Shown here in pieces: positions 9,917 through 18,750 of a stretch of 64,000 bases of DNA (its first letter is position 1; each line of letters begins with the position of its first letter). Source of the stretch: an uncultured bacterium (lineage in GTDB: Bacteria > Planctomycetota > SZUA-567 > JAKLDR01); NCBI GenBank assembly GCA_965370045.1, contig CBDUSI010000003.1:11256-75255 (forward strand). Reading direction: 5' to 3'. Below the pieces are notes generated by a model that was not told the DNA's origin, did not search any database, and worked only from the letters and a program-made list of their open reading frames with translations. Both the position numbers and the translations under genes were made by a program.

Positions 9917-10915
9917 CTAGCCGTCTATGCGGTCGCCGCCCTTGACCGGCTTCCACCAACCGGGGTTCTCGCGATACCAGCGGACGGTTTCGACCAGCGC
10001 CTTTGGCCAGGCCGAGCGCGTCGGGCGCCAGCCCAGCTCGCGCTCTATCTTGGAGCAGTCAAGGGCGTAGCGCAGGTCGTGGCCGGGGCGGTCGGCGACG
10101 TGTTCGATCATCTCCTCGCCGTGGCCGGTGATTTCCAGAATGGCGCGGGTTAATTCCAAGTTGGTGCGACCGTTGTCCGCGCCGATGTTGTAGGTCTCTC
10201 CGGCCCGGCCGCGCTCCAGAACGGCGAGCAGCGCCTCGCAGTTATCCTCGACGTGCAGCCAGTCGCGCACGTTGCGGCCGTCGCCGTAGAGCGGGACCTT
10301 CTTGCCTTCCAGCAGATTGGTCGCGAAGAGGGGGATGACCTTCTCCGGGAGTTGGTAGGGGCCGAAGTTGTTCGAGGAACGCGTGATTATCGCATCGAGA
10401 TCGAAAGTCCGGTGGCAGGCACGGACCAGCATATCCGCCGCAGCCTTGCTGGCGGCATACGGGTTATTGGGCCTGAGCGGAGAGTCCTCCGTGAACTTGA
10501 GCGTCGGGCCTTCCAGCGGCAGACTGCCGTAGACTTCGTCAGTGCCCACCTGCACGAAACGCCGGCCGCCGGCGCGACGGGCGGCGTCCAGCAGCGTCTG
10601 GGTTCCCCCGACGTTGGTCCTGACGAAGGGCCGGGAATCCACTATCGAACGATCCACGTGGCTCTCGGCCGCGAGGTGCACTACTGCCGAGCACTCGGCC
10701 ATCAGATCCTCGACCAGGGCCGCGTCGCAGACGTCCCCGCGGACGAAGCGGTGGCGCTTCTCGCCCTCTAGATCGGCGAGATTTTCCAGCCTGCCGGCAT
10801 AAGTCAGCGCGTCGAGGTTGATAACGGCCACGCCGGGCCGCTCGCGGAGCAGGAAGCGCACGAAGTTCGAGCCGATGAAGCCGGCGCCCCCGGTGACCAG
10901 AACCGTGTTGCTCAT
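9917..10915 (-). CDS. rfbB: dTDP-glucose 4,6-dehydratase
   Basis: VTGGAGFIGSNF, YAASKAAAD, overall RfbB-like sequence, 332 aa. The ATG overlaps the upstream stop (ATGA). Confidence 0.92.
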   Translation of the reverse strand: MSNTVLVTGGAGFIGSNFVRFLLRERPGVAVINLDALTYAGRLENLADLEGEKRHRFVRGDVCDAALVEDLMAECSAVVHLAAESHVDRSIVDSRPFVRTNVGGTQTLLDAARRAGGRRFVQVGTDEVYGSLPLEGPTLKFTEDSPLRPNNPYAASKAAADMLVRACHRTFDLDAIITRSSNNFGPYQLPEKVIPLFATNLLEGKKVPLYGDGRNVRDWLHVEDNCEALLAVLERGRAGETYNIGADNGRTNLELTRAILEITGHGEEMIEHVADRPGHDLRYALDCSKIERELGWRPTRSAWPKALVETVRWYRENPGWWKPVKGGDRIDG

Positions 10916-12231
10916 GCTCCCGTCACCTCGCCGGACGCGCCGGGCGATTCCGTCTCTCGCCCGGCTTCCGGCGGAGCGTCTTCAACGCCCCCGACTCCCC
11001 AGGCGAAGGCCAGGCCCACCACCAGCCAGGTCAACCGCCCGCCGATCTTCCAGAGCGTGTACTCCACTTGGCTCAGGGCGGCAATAGTCAAAAGGGTGAC
11101 GAACAACGTGCCGGCGATCGTGGCCGCGGCTCCGCGCCCGCGGTGCCAGGCCGAAAAGGCCGCCCAGGCCGCCACGCACCAGACCAGCAGCAGGGCGGCC
11201 ACCCCCAGAACGCCGGTCTCTATGAGAGTCTGGCTCAGCACGTTGTGAGAGTGCAGCATCGTCTCTCCCACCGAAACCGGGAGCTCCGTGCGGTAGTGCG
11301 CGGCGGCCCCCGGGAATATCCGGCTGCTGCGCCCGTGGCCGATGACCACCCGGTACCACGGGCCCCGGGCCATGATCTGCGCGCATATCTTCTGGGCGCG
11401 CAGCCGAGAGTTAAGCGTGTCCATCGACCGGCGGGAGGGGCTGGCCAGGCACCACCAGGCGAGCCCCGCCGCCGGGACCACCAGGAAGAACCACAGGCAG
11501 ACAGCGATGATCCTCTGTTTCCGGGTGCCGAACCGCGCCTGGAAGAAGGCAACTCCGGGCACGGACACCAGGGCGATGCTCAGGAGCGCGCCCCGGGCCC
11601 TGGTCAGGTAAAGCAAAGCCCCGCTCAAGAGCGCCGCGGCCAGCGAGGCCAGACCCGGCCAGCGATGCCTGGCCGCCAGCGCGCAGCCCAGGTACAGGCA
11701 GCACAGCACGACCAGTTCCCTGGCGAACTGCATGTGGTACTTGCGAAAGCCCTTGAGGCGCTCGCCATCGAAGGCGGAGTCCGCGCGCCAGGGAAGGCTG
11801 GCGGCCTCGAAGACGTACCAGGCGCCGAAGGCCACCAGGAGCGTCAGGAGAACGCGCCTGGCCGCGGCGCGGCCGCGCAGGCCGACCCCCGCCGCCAGGG
11901 CGATGGCCACCCCGGGGACGTGCAGCCGGTAGTAGCTGAAGTTCCCCCTGTTCGGGAACTTCTCGGCGAGGAGCGCTGCCAGCATGTTAAGCGCCAGGAA
12001 GCCGAGCAGCCCGCCGACGAAGGCCCAACGCAGCCGCGACAGACCTCCGCGACGCGAGCGGACGAAGAACATGGCCAGGCCAATGAGCGCCGCGGCGGTG
12101 ACGACGTAGTTCGCGGTGTTCCGGGCCTTGTCGCATACCGTTAACAGGAGGAAAAGGGCCAGCAGCGCCTCGACGGCGCCACAGGCCCAGTGCCGCCACT
12201 TCCGTGTCGCTCTCGTCGGGTCCTCAGCCAT
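10912..12231 (-). CDS. O-antigen ligase/polymerase-like polytopic membrane protein (Wzy_C-type)
   Basis: About 10 hydrophobic segments. Characteristic loop MLHSHNVLSQTLIETGVLGVAALL. Confidence 0.7.
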   Translation of the reverse strand: MAEDPTRATRKWRHWACGAVEALLALFLLLTVCDKARNTANYVVTAAALIGLAMFFVRSRRGGLSRLRWAFVGGLLGFLALNMLAALLAEKFPNRGNFSYYRLHVPGVAIALAAGVGLRGRAAARRVLLTLLVAFGAWYVFEAASLPWRADSAFDGERLKGFRKYHMQFARELVVLCCLYLGCALAARHRWPGLASLAAALLSGALLYLTRARGALLSIALVSVPGVAFFQARFGTRKQRIIAVCLWFFLVVPAAGLAWWCLASPSRRSMDTLNSRLRAQKICAQIMARGPWYRVVIGHGRSSRIFPGAAAHYRTELPVSVGETMLHSHNVLSQTLIETGVLGVAALLLVWCVAAWAAFSAWHRGRGAAATIAGTLFVTLLTIAALSQVEYTLWKIGGRLTWLVVGLAFAWGVGGVEDAPPEAGRETESPGASGEVTGA

Positions 12232-12289
12232 CGTCGCTCACAAGGCTAGCCGGGCGTCCCGGGGCCGCAAGGGGATTTCGTCCCGGGCA

Positions 12290-13786
12290 TCAGCCCGCGC
12301 GTTCCCGCGGGTCCGGGCGGCCGGCGAGGACCACCCCGGCGGTGCGCAGCAATATGCGGTAGTCGAGAAAGAGCGAGCCCTGGCTCAGGTAGTAGATGTC
12401 CATCAGTGCCACCTGGTCGAACTCCAGCAGGTCGCGGCCGAATATCTGCCACATTCCGGTGATGCCCGCCCGGCCCTCCAGCCGCTCGCGGTGCCAGGGC
12501 TCGTACTCGGCGACCTCGCCGGGGAGCGGCGGCCGGGGGCCGACCAGCGACATCTGGCCAGCCAGGACGTTCAGCATCTGGGGGATCTCGTCCAGGCTGA
12601 AGCGCCGCAGCCACCTCCCGAACCAGGTGATCCGCGCGTCGCCGGGCGCCTTGAACATCGGCCCGCGCATCACGTTCCCGGACCCGCCCGGCGCGTCGCC
12701 GTTGGCTCCCCCGCCGTTGCGCATGGTCCGGAACTTGAACATCGGGAAGGTACGTCCCCCGGTGCCCACGCGCTCCTGGGTGAAGATCACCGGGCGGCCG
12801 CTGGTGATGAGAACTCCGGCGGCAACCGCCAGCCACAGCGGCAGGCCCAGTATCAAAATCAACCCGGCGCCGACGATGTCCAGCGCACGCTTGATCGCCG
12901 CGCGCGCCCCGCCGAAGGGCCGGAGGGCGTAGTCAATGATGGGGATGCCGTCAATCTCGTCGAACTGCAGGCCCAACTTCTCGCGCAGGACGGAGAAGGA
13001 ACGGGAAACCACTCGCGAGCGAATCCCCAGGCGCTTGAGCATCGCCAGCGTCCCGGCCAGCTCGGCCAGCGGGGCGTCCGGCTTGCAGATGACCACTTCG
13101 TCCGCCCGGCCGGCCTTGATGTAACGGACCAGGCCGCGCTCGTGGCGCAGGATCTTGACCTCGTGGCGTCGGCGCTCTTTCCACTCGGTGCCCACCACCG
13201 CCACCGGTGTGAGCGGCCACTCCGGATGAGATTTCAACCTCTCGAGCAGCCGGTCGGCGGTCTGATTGTGGCCGACGATGATGGCCCGGGTGAGGTCCAG
13301 CCCCGCGGCCCCCCGCAGGCGCATGCGCAGTCTCTTGAGCTGCCGGCGGGCCATGGTGACCAGAAGAAGGGACAGCAGCAGGTAGATGCCCAGGAACATT
13401 CGCGAAACGTGCAGGCCCTTGATGCCAAAAAGCAGGATGACCGAAACCGCGAAGGCCGCCAGCAGACCCTTGACCACCTCGCCGAGGTCGGAGCCCTCGT
13501 ACATCAGCCGGCGGTCCTCGTAGCGGCCGCAGGCCTTCAGCGCCAGGAACGCCGTGACTAACAGGATAATCAGAGCTGCGGGGTAATGGGCGCCCTCCGG
13601 ACGTCGCCCGATAACGTGGAAGGTCAGGCCGTAGCTGGCGGCGTAGGCGCAGCCCACCATGATCAGGTCGGCCAGCACGGCAACCGCGAAGTAGAGCCTT
13701 CGCCAGGGATAACGACGCGGGTAGGCCTTGTCCGGGAGCACCCGATCCAGGCGAGCAGCCAGGGCCGTGATCCAGCGGCCGAACAT
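12290..13786 (-). CDS. polyprenyl-phosphate glycosyl-1-phosphate transferase (WbaP/exopolysaccharide initiating sugar transferase)
   Basis: C-terminal bacterial sugar transferase domain: PVIFTQERVG..RTFPMFKFRTM, SLDEIPQMLNVLAGQMSLVGPRP, GITGMWQI. ATG 13786 (MFGRW) is chosen because the promoter at 13933-13961 would start transcription downstream of the track ATG at 13945. Confidence 0.85.
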   Translation of the reverse strand: MFGRWITALAARLDRVLPDKAYPRRYPWRRLYFAVAVLADLIMVGCAYAASYGLTFHVIGRRPEGAHYPAALIILLVTAFLALKACGRYEDRRLMYEGSDLGEVVKGLLAAFAVSVILLFGIKGLHVSRMFLGIYLLLSLLLVTMARRQLKRLRMRLRGAAGLDLTRAIIVGHNQTADRLLERLKSHPEWPLTPVAVVGTEWKERRRHEVKILRHERGLVRYIKAGRADEVVICKPDAPLAELAGTLAMLKRLGIRSRVVSRSFSVLREKLGLQFDEIDGIPIIDYALRPFGGARAAIKRALDIVGAGLILILGLPLWLAVAAGVLITSGRPVIFTQERVGTGGRTFPMFKFRTMRNGGGANGDAPGGSGNVMRGPMFKAPGDARITWFGRWLRRFSLDEIPQMLNVLAGQMSLVGPRPPLPGEVAEYEPWHRERLEGRAGITGMWQIFGRDLLEFDQVALMDIYYLSQGSLFLDYRILLRTAGVVLAGRPDPRERAG

Positions 13787-13932
13787 CAGGCTTTTCCCTT
13801 CACGACCGGCGCCACCCGGCGCCGCCCGGCGGAGCCGCTGCAACTGGCGCGGGCGAGGAAGAGCCCCGGCTCCGCCCCTGGCGCTCGCCCTATCAACAGT
13901 ACTGTGAACGTCCACATCCTTAACGGCGGGAA

Positions 13933-13961
13933 ATCCTAAGCTCAATTAGGGCCATTATCAA
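13933..13961 (-). promoter_or_regulatory. candidate sigma70-type promoter for the WbaP-like gene
   Basis: Minus strand reads TTGATA-17 nt-TAGGAT. It is divergent from the promoter at 13984-14011, with a GC hairpin GGGCGG-cgtt-CCGCCC (13965-13980) between them. Confidence 0.5.
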
Positions 13962-13983
13962 GGAGGGCGGCGTTCCGCCCCGC

Positions 13984-14011
13984 TTGATTCCGCCCCTCGG
14001 AGGCCTATCAT
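13984..14011 (+). promoter_or_regulatory. candidate sigma70-type promoter for the ArnT-like gene
   Basis: TTGATT-16 nt-TATCAT. The track ORF's ATG at 14010 lies inside the -10 element, which favours the ATG at 14103. Confidence 0.5.
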
Positions 14012-14102
14012 GCGGACGGATGGCGGTCTGGACCCTTCATCTGATGTGGTTTCCGGCTGTCCGGCGTGCCGGGCGCCGGCTCGAGGAGTTCATGGCGGGC
14101 GG

Positions 14103-15836
14103 ATGAACGCGGATACCGTTCCAGGCAGAGAGACCCGGCAGACCGCGCGTCTGGTGCTGCTGGTCTTCGCCGCGGCCACCGTGCTGAACCTGGTTTGGCT
14201 GGGGGGCGCTCCGCTGGCCGACTCCACCGAGGCCCGCCACGCGGAGGTCGGCTTTGAGTTCGCGGAGTCCGGCCGCTGGCTGGTGCCCACCCTCAACTAC
14301 CGCCCGCACCTCACCAAGCCGCCGCTTACCGATTGGCTGGTCGCGGCGGGGATACGGGCCTTCGGCGCGAACGAGTTCGGGGCCAGGTTCTCAAACGCGA
14401 TAGTCGCGGCGCTGGGGCTGGCGCTGGCGGCCGGCTTCGCCTGCCGGCTGGGCGGGCGGGTCGCGGGCCTCGCCGCCGCCGCGCTGTATTTCACCTCGCC
14501 GCTGTACCTGGCCCTGTCCCGCACCATCTCCATTGACATGCTGCTGGCCGCGCTGGTTACGGCCGCCTGCTGGGCCGCGTGGGAGGCCTCCCGCGAGGAC
14601 TGCCGGCGTCCCTGGACCGCCGCCGCGGTCTTCTGGCTCGCGCTGGGGCTGGGGGCGCTGGCCAAGGGTCACCTGGTTCTCCTGCTGGCCGCGCTGCCGG
14701 TGATCGCATGGATTCTCATCGGGAAGCGCTGGCGCCTGGCCCGCCGATTGGCCTGGCCGCCGACCTGGCTGATCTTTCCCGCGATCGCGCTGCCCTGGTA
14801 CCTCTGCATTCATCGCGCCTTCCCGGAGTGGCTCGGATGGATGACCGGCGTGGAGTTCGGCAAGCGGCTGGTCGGCGCGCGGGCCGGTGAGCACGCCTAC
14901 GGGGCGGCCATTCTGTTCCTGCTGTTCGCAGCGCTCCCCGCGGTCCCGCTGGCCTTCTTGGGATTCCGTCGGCGGCGTGAAGAAGACGGGAAAGGAAGAG
15001 GCGCGCGCGGGCTGCTGCTCGCCAGCGTGCTGATCCCCCTGGCGGTCTTCAGCCTGGCCAACTTCCAGCGGCCTAATTACATTGCCCCGCTGGTGCCGGC
15101 CCTGGCCGTCGCGGCCGGCCTGGGCTGGAGCCGGCTGGCTTCCGGGTGGTCCGGGGCGACGCGCCGCCAGCGGCTCGCCGCCTGCCTGACGAGCGCAAGC
15201 CTGCTGCTGCCGGGCCCGGCCTGCATGGCGGCATTCCTGTTCAGGCCGGAGGTCGACGGGCTCACCCTGACGCTGGTGGCCTGCGCGGCGGCGGCGGCGA
15301 CGCTGTGCGCGACCGCTTGCCTCCTGGCCCTGCTTCGAGACAACCCCCGAGCAGCGACGAGATGCTTCCTCGCGGCGGGGCTGGCCTTCTGGGCGCTCTC
15401 GGTGCCCATGCACGGAGCGGCCAAGAGCTGGCTCACCTCGCGCGAGACCTGCCGGTGGATTGAGCTCAACCTCCCGCCCGGCGAGAAAGTGCTGTCCTAC
15501 AAAGGCTACGTGGCCAGCAGCGGCTTCTACCTGGCGAAACCGCTGCGCCCGATGCGGCACGTCAAGCGTCCACCGGCCTGGACCGTCACGTGGAAAGGCA
15601 CCCGTACGCCCGCCGAGATCACCACCTACACGGAGCTCTTCCGCATCGCCGAACAAGAGGGCGGGGTCTGGCTTATCTACGACCGGCGCCGGATAAAGAA
15701 CATAACCTACCACTACGACCAGCTGCGCAAGCAGCGGGCCCATCACGGAGTACCCCTCAAGCTGGCCCTGAGCACCGCGCGGCTGGAGCACGCCGTGGGG
15801 CTGGCACACCTTTACCCCTGGAAGCCGGCGGATTAG
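14103..15836 (+). CDS. GT-C glycosyltransferase, ArnT/PMT (family 39/83)-like
   Basis: MNADTVPGRETRQTARLVLLVFAAATVLNLVW...EARHAEVGFEFAESGRWLVPTLNYRPHLTKPPLTDWL matches the ArnT/PMT_2 N-terminal loop pattern. More than 10 TM segments plus a soluble C-terminal domain. Confidence 0.75.
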   Translation: MNADTVPGRETRQTARLVLLVFAAATVLNLVWLGGAPLADSTEARHAEVGFEFAESGRWLVPTLNYRPHLTKPPLTDWLVAAGIRAFGANEFGARFSNAIVAALGLALAAGFACRLGGRVAGLAAAALYFTSPLYLALSRTISIDMLLAALVTAACWAAWEASREDCRRPWTAAAVFWLALGLGALAKGHLVLLLAALPVIAWILIGKRWRLARRLAWPPTWLIFPAIALPWYLCIHRAFPEWLGWMTGVEFGKRLVGARAGEHAYGAAILFLLFAALPAVPLAFLGFRRRREEDGKGRGARGLLLASVLIPLAVFSLANFQRPNYIAPLVPALAVAAGLGWSRLASGWSGATRRQRLAACLTSASLLLPGPACMAAFLFRPEVDGLTLTLVACAAAAATLCATACLLALLRDNPRAATRCFLAAGLAFWALSVPMHGAAKSWLTSRETCRWIELNLPPGEKVLSYKGYVASSGFYLAKPLRPMRHVKRPPAWTVTWKGTRTPAEITTYTELFRIAEQEGGVWLIYDRRRIKNITYHYDQLRKQRAHHGVPLKLALSTARLEHAVGLAHLYPWKPAD

Positions 15837-15878
15837 ACGGCAGGTCCGGGCAAGCTGCTCCCGGAGCGAGAGTCCGAA

Positions 15879-15896
15879 GCGCGCGGCGCGCCTTTT
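15879..15896 (+). terminator. weak candidate intrinsic terminator after the ArnT-like gene
   Basis: GCGCG-cgg-CGCGC short GC hairpin followed by CTTTTCC, about 40 nt after the stop. The stem is only 5 bp. Confidence 0.3.
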
Positions 15897-15905
15897 CCTG
15901 ACGGA

Positions 15906-17318
15906 CTAACGCGGGGCCGCGCGGAAGCTGGGGTCCAGCGCGAAGCGGCGCTTGCCGCGCAGGATGTCCCGCAGCGTCTCGCGATCCGCGGCGAAGATCA
16001 CGTCGCGGGCCGGACGCAGCCGCCGGCCGCCGAGCCTGATGCCCCCCAGAATACGCTCGACCCGGCGCAGCCAGCCCTTTATTCGTCGCCCAGTCAGCGC
16101 GTTGGAGTCGTGCATGGTCACCACGATGTCGCTGTGCCCGGCCTCGACCGCCCGTTGGATAGTGAGCCTCAACTCCCACTTTTCCGGCACGAACACGGCG
16201 ATCACCGAGTGGCCTCCGTCGCCCAGCCGGGCGTCGGTGAGCGTGGGTTTGAGCCTCAGCCGCCGGTAGGTGGCCAGCACCGCCGGGCCGGTTTCGGGGT
16301 GGTCGCGATCACGCCAGGCCCACTCCGGGGGACGGACGAACTCCGGCTGGAGGCCTGTCGTCGCCCTGATTCTGTTGACGCACTCCAGCAGGTCGCTCTC
16401 CAGGGCGTTGGCGCCGTCGGGCTTCCCGTCGCCGGTGACGTCATAGGGCGCGTCCTCGTCGGCCCTCCCGTCGCCGTCATCGTCTTTCCCGTCGCCGTCG
16501 AAGTCCACGCGGCTGGTGTGGTGCCGGCTCTGCTTGCCGTAACGCCCGCCCCAGTGGACCTCGACCAGGTGGCCCTCGCGGGCCATGCGCTCGAGCAGGA
16601 CGCGGCCGTCCCGGGTCTCGCCCCGGGGATGGTTGAAGCCCATGAACTCCTCCGGGCCGGTGAGCACGAAGAAGGCGGCCTTGATTCCCCGGCGGGAGCG
16701 CCCCGGCCCGTGGCGATGGGCGGCGAGGGCGTCCAGTATCTTCTTCGTGGAGCTGCCGGCTACCTTGCCGTCGGCGGGGTCGCCATCGGTGTCGGGGCCG
16801 TCGTCGAAGGTGAAGGCCACGCGCAGCTTCTCGACGACGCGAAGGGCATAGTCGAATTCAAGGCGCCGCCCGCCGCGGGCGGTCTGGTCGATGACCAGCT
16901 TCTTGTAGCCGGTCGCGTCGGCCGGAACCTCGGGCACGGCGACGGTCATCCGTCCGAAGCGGACGCGCACCCGGCCGACGGGGACGTCCCGGCCGCCGGC
17001 GTGGCCCAGTATCTCGATGCGGTCCCGGGGGTCGAAGCGGTAGTCCCCGGGCAGGAGGCTGGTGTCCTCCAGCTTGACGCGCACCCGGACCCGCCGGCTC
17101 CCGGCCAGCAGCAGCCGTGGCCGGCACTCAAGATGATGCCGCTCCCTGTCGGTGCCGGTGGTCAGCCTGACCCTGGTGGTGACCACCGTTGGGAAGTCGT
17201 GGAAGTCGAGCTCGGTGCGGCGCGCGGCCGGCTGCGGATCGATGGGCGGGGAGGGCGGCAGGCAGCCGGCCGCCCAGACGAGCGCCAGCGCCGGCCCCAG
17301 GAGGCGGCAGGGTCTCAT
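15906..17318 (-). CDS. lipoprotein polysaccharide deacetylase (NodB homology domain) with acidic Ca-binding-type repeats
   Basis: ATG 17318 overlaps the upstream stop (ATGA). Lipobox LVWAAGC. NodB motif FTFDDGPD. The DFDGDGKDDDGDGRADEDAPYDVTGDGKPDG stretch resembles thrombospondin type-3 / EF-like Ca sites. Confidence 0.8.
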   Translation of the reverse strand: MRPCRLLGPALALVWAAGCLPPSPPIDPQPAARRTELDFHDFPTVVTTRVRLTTGTDRERHHLECRPRLLLAGSRRVRVRVKLEDTSLLPGDYRFDPRDRIEILGHAGGRDVPVGRVRVRFGRMTVAVPEVPADATGYKKLVIDQTARGGRRLEFDYALRVVEKLRVAFTFDDGPDTDGDPADGKVAGSSTKKILDALAAHRHGPGRSRRGIKAAFFVLTGPEEFMGFNHPRGETRDGRVLLERMAREGHLVEVHWGGRYGKQSRHHTSRVDFDGDGKDDDGDGRADEDAPYDVTGDGKPDGANALESDLLECVNRIRATTGLQPEFVRPPEWAWRDRDHPETGPAVLATYRRLRLKPTLTDARLGDGGHSVIAVFVPEKWELRLTIQRAVEAGHSDIVVTMHDSNALTGRRIKGWLRRVERILGGIRLGGRRLRPARDVIFAADRETLRDILRGKRRFALDPSFRAAPR

Positions 17319-17986
17319 CGCTCCGACGCCGCCCTGAGCGTCTCCAGCCGGCCGGCCAGCGCTTTCCTGTAGTCGCGTTTCTTCATGTGGTGCACGCGCG
17401 CCGGCCAGCGTGAGTCGATTTCCGCGAGCGTCTTCTCGTAGATGGCCACCGCCCGGGGGTCGCCCAGGAGCCACAGCGCGCCGAGCAGCTCGTAGCGGAC
17501 CTCGAAACTCTTCGAACGTTCAAGAGCCGCGGAGATGGTCTCGAACGCGCCCGGCGGGCGGAGCGCGGCCAGCGCGTAGGCCGCCGAGGCGGGGTGCTGG
17601 TCGGAATTGAGCTTGGACGCCAGAAAGGCGCTGGCGACCTTGTCGCCCCGCCCGGCCTCGCGCAGGCAGAGGGCCAGGAGCACCGCGCGGGTCTCGGCGC
17701 TGGTCTCCGTGGCATAGTGGTCCATCAGCGCGCGCGCGTGACGCCGGGCGGTTTTCTCGTCGCCCCCCGCGCGGGCCTCGCGGGCCATGACCGCCAGGGC
17801 CCGGCAGCCGATCTCGCGCTCGTCGGCCCAGCGCGACTTCATGCGCCGCAGCGCGGCCTTCTCGCCCTCCGCGTAAACAGGGCGCAGGTAAGGCTCGTCG
17901 CGCCACTCGTAAAAAGCGCGCCGCTTGCAGCCGGCCAGGGTCAGGGCCGCGAGGACGGCGACGAGCAGCGCGCGTCGCGTTCTCAC
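17315..17986 (-). CDS. HEAT/ARM-like helical repeat lipoprotein
   Basis: GTG start overlaps the upstream stop (GTGA). Lipobox LTLAGC. Repeated helical motifs include AAYALAALRPPGAFETISAALE and VRYELLGALWLLGDPRAV. Confidence 0.6.
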   Translation of the reverse strand: MRTRRALLVAVLAALTLAGCKRRAFYEWRDEPYLRPVYAEGEKAALRRMKSRWADEREIGCRALAVMAREARAGGDEKTARRHARALMDHYATETSAETRAVLLALCLREAGRGDKVASAFLASKLNSDQHPASAAYALAALRPPGAFETISAALERSKSFEVRYELLGALWLLGDPRAVAIYEKTLAEIDSRWPARVHHMKKRDYRKALAGRLETLRAASER

Positions 17987-18741
17987 TTCTTACTTCCCAC
18001 AACAAAGGCCCGGCGGACGTCCTCGGCCACCAGCTCGGCAATCAGGTTGTCGAGGTTGCCGTGGCCCGGCTCACGGCCGGTGTCCAGCCAGACTTCGTGG
18101 TTCTCGGTGGCGGTGGGTATCGGCGCGCCGCAGAGGTGCGGGCTGTCGACCTGGTAGTAGTTGACGTGGCGCAGCAGCGTCTTCCCGTCGGGCTTCGGCG
18201 TCCCGCGATAGGCGACGAACTTCAACCGGTGGGGGAAGACCATCTCCAGGCTGAGCACCGAGGGCAGCATGCACAGGGCGCTCTTGACGTAGCCCTTCTT
18301 GATCGCGTCGATGGTCACCAGCAGCGTCACCTCGTCGACGAGCTTCGTGGCAATCGCCTCCCGGGCGAAGTCGCCGGCGGCCTGCCCGCCCCAGCTGTGG
18401 CCCACCAGCGCGAGGCGCGCCCGCCCGCCGGCCGCGCGGCGCCTGGCCGCTTCGCGCCCCACCCACGCGCGCGCCGAGGCGTAGACCTTCCAGCTGAAGA
18501 TGGCCGTGCTGCCCTCGGTCTTCTCGGCGATGAGCAGCGCGGTGCGCCTGATGCCCAGAGTAACGTCGTCGGTCGGCGCCGAGCGGCCCGGGAAGATGAG
18601 GACTATCGGTCCGGTGCGGTTCTCCTCGACGATGAAGGAGAGCTTCCCGGCGCGGCCCACCGGGGGAACCTCGACACCCCGCCGCGACGCGCAGCCGCAG
18701 AAGAGCCCGGCGGCGAGAACCAGCAGTCCGGCGCGCCTCAT
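17983..18741 (-). CDS. lipoprotein alpha/beta-hydrolase (esterase/lipase-like)
   Basis: Signal MRRAGLLVLAAGLFCGC. Nucleophile elbow LVGHSWGG (GxSxG). Confidence 0.6.
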   Translation of the reverse strand: MRRAGLLVLAAGLFCGCASRRGVEVPPVGRAGKLSFIVEENRTGPIVLIFPGRSAPTDDVTLGIRRTALLIAEKTEGSTAIFSWKVYASARAWVGREAARRRAAGGRARLALVGHSWGGQAAGDFAREAIATKLVDEVTLLVTIDAIKKGYVKSALCMLPSVLSLEMVFPHRLKFVAYRGTPKPDGKTLLRHVNYYQVDSPHLCGAPIPTATENHEVWLDTGREPGHGNLDNLIAELVAEDVRRAFVVGSKK

Positions 18742-18750
18742 GCTTTTCTC

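Noticed and set aside
9904-9923. Direct repeat GCCGTCTA-GCTA-GCCGTCTA between convergent stop codons, reminiscent of a DNA-uptake-sequence-like word
   Set aside because: There are only two adjacent copies. Other GCCGTCT occurrences in the window lie inside genes, at roughly the frequency expected for an 8-mer in GC-rich DNA. It contains no hairpin-forming inverted pair.
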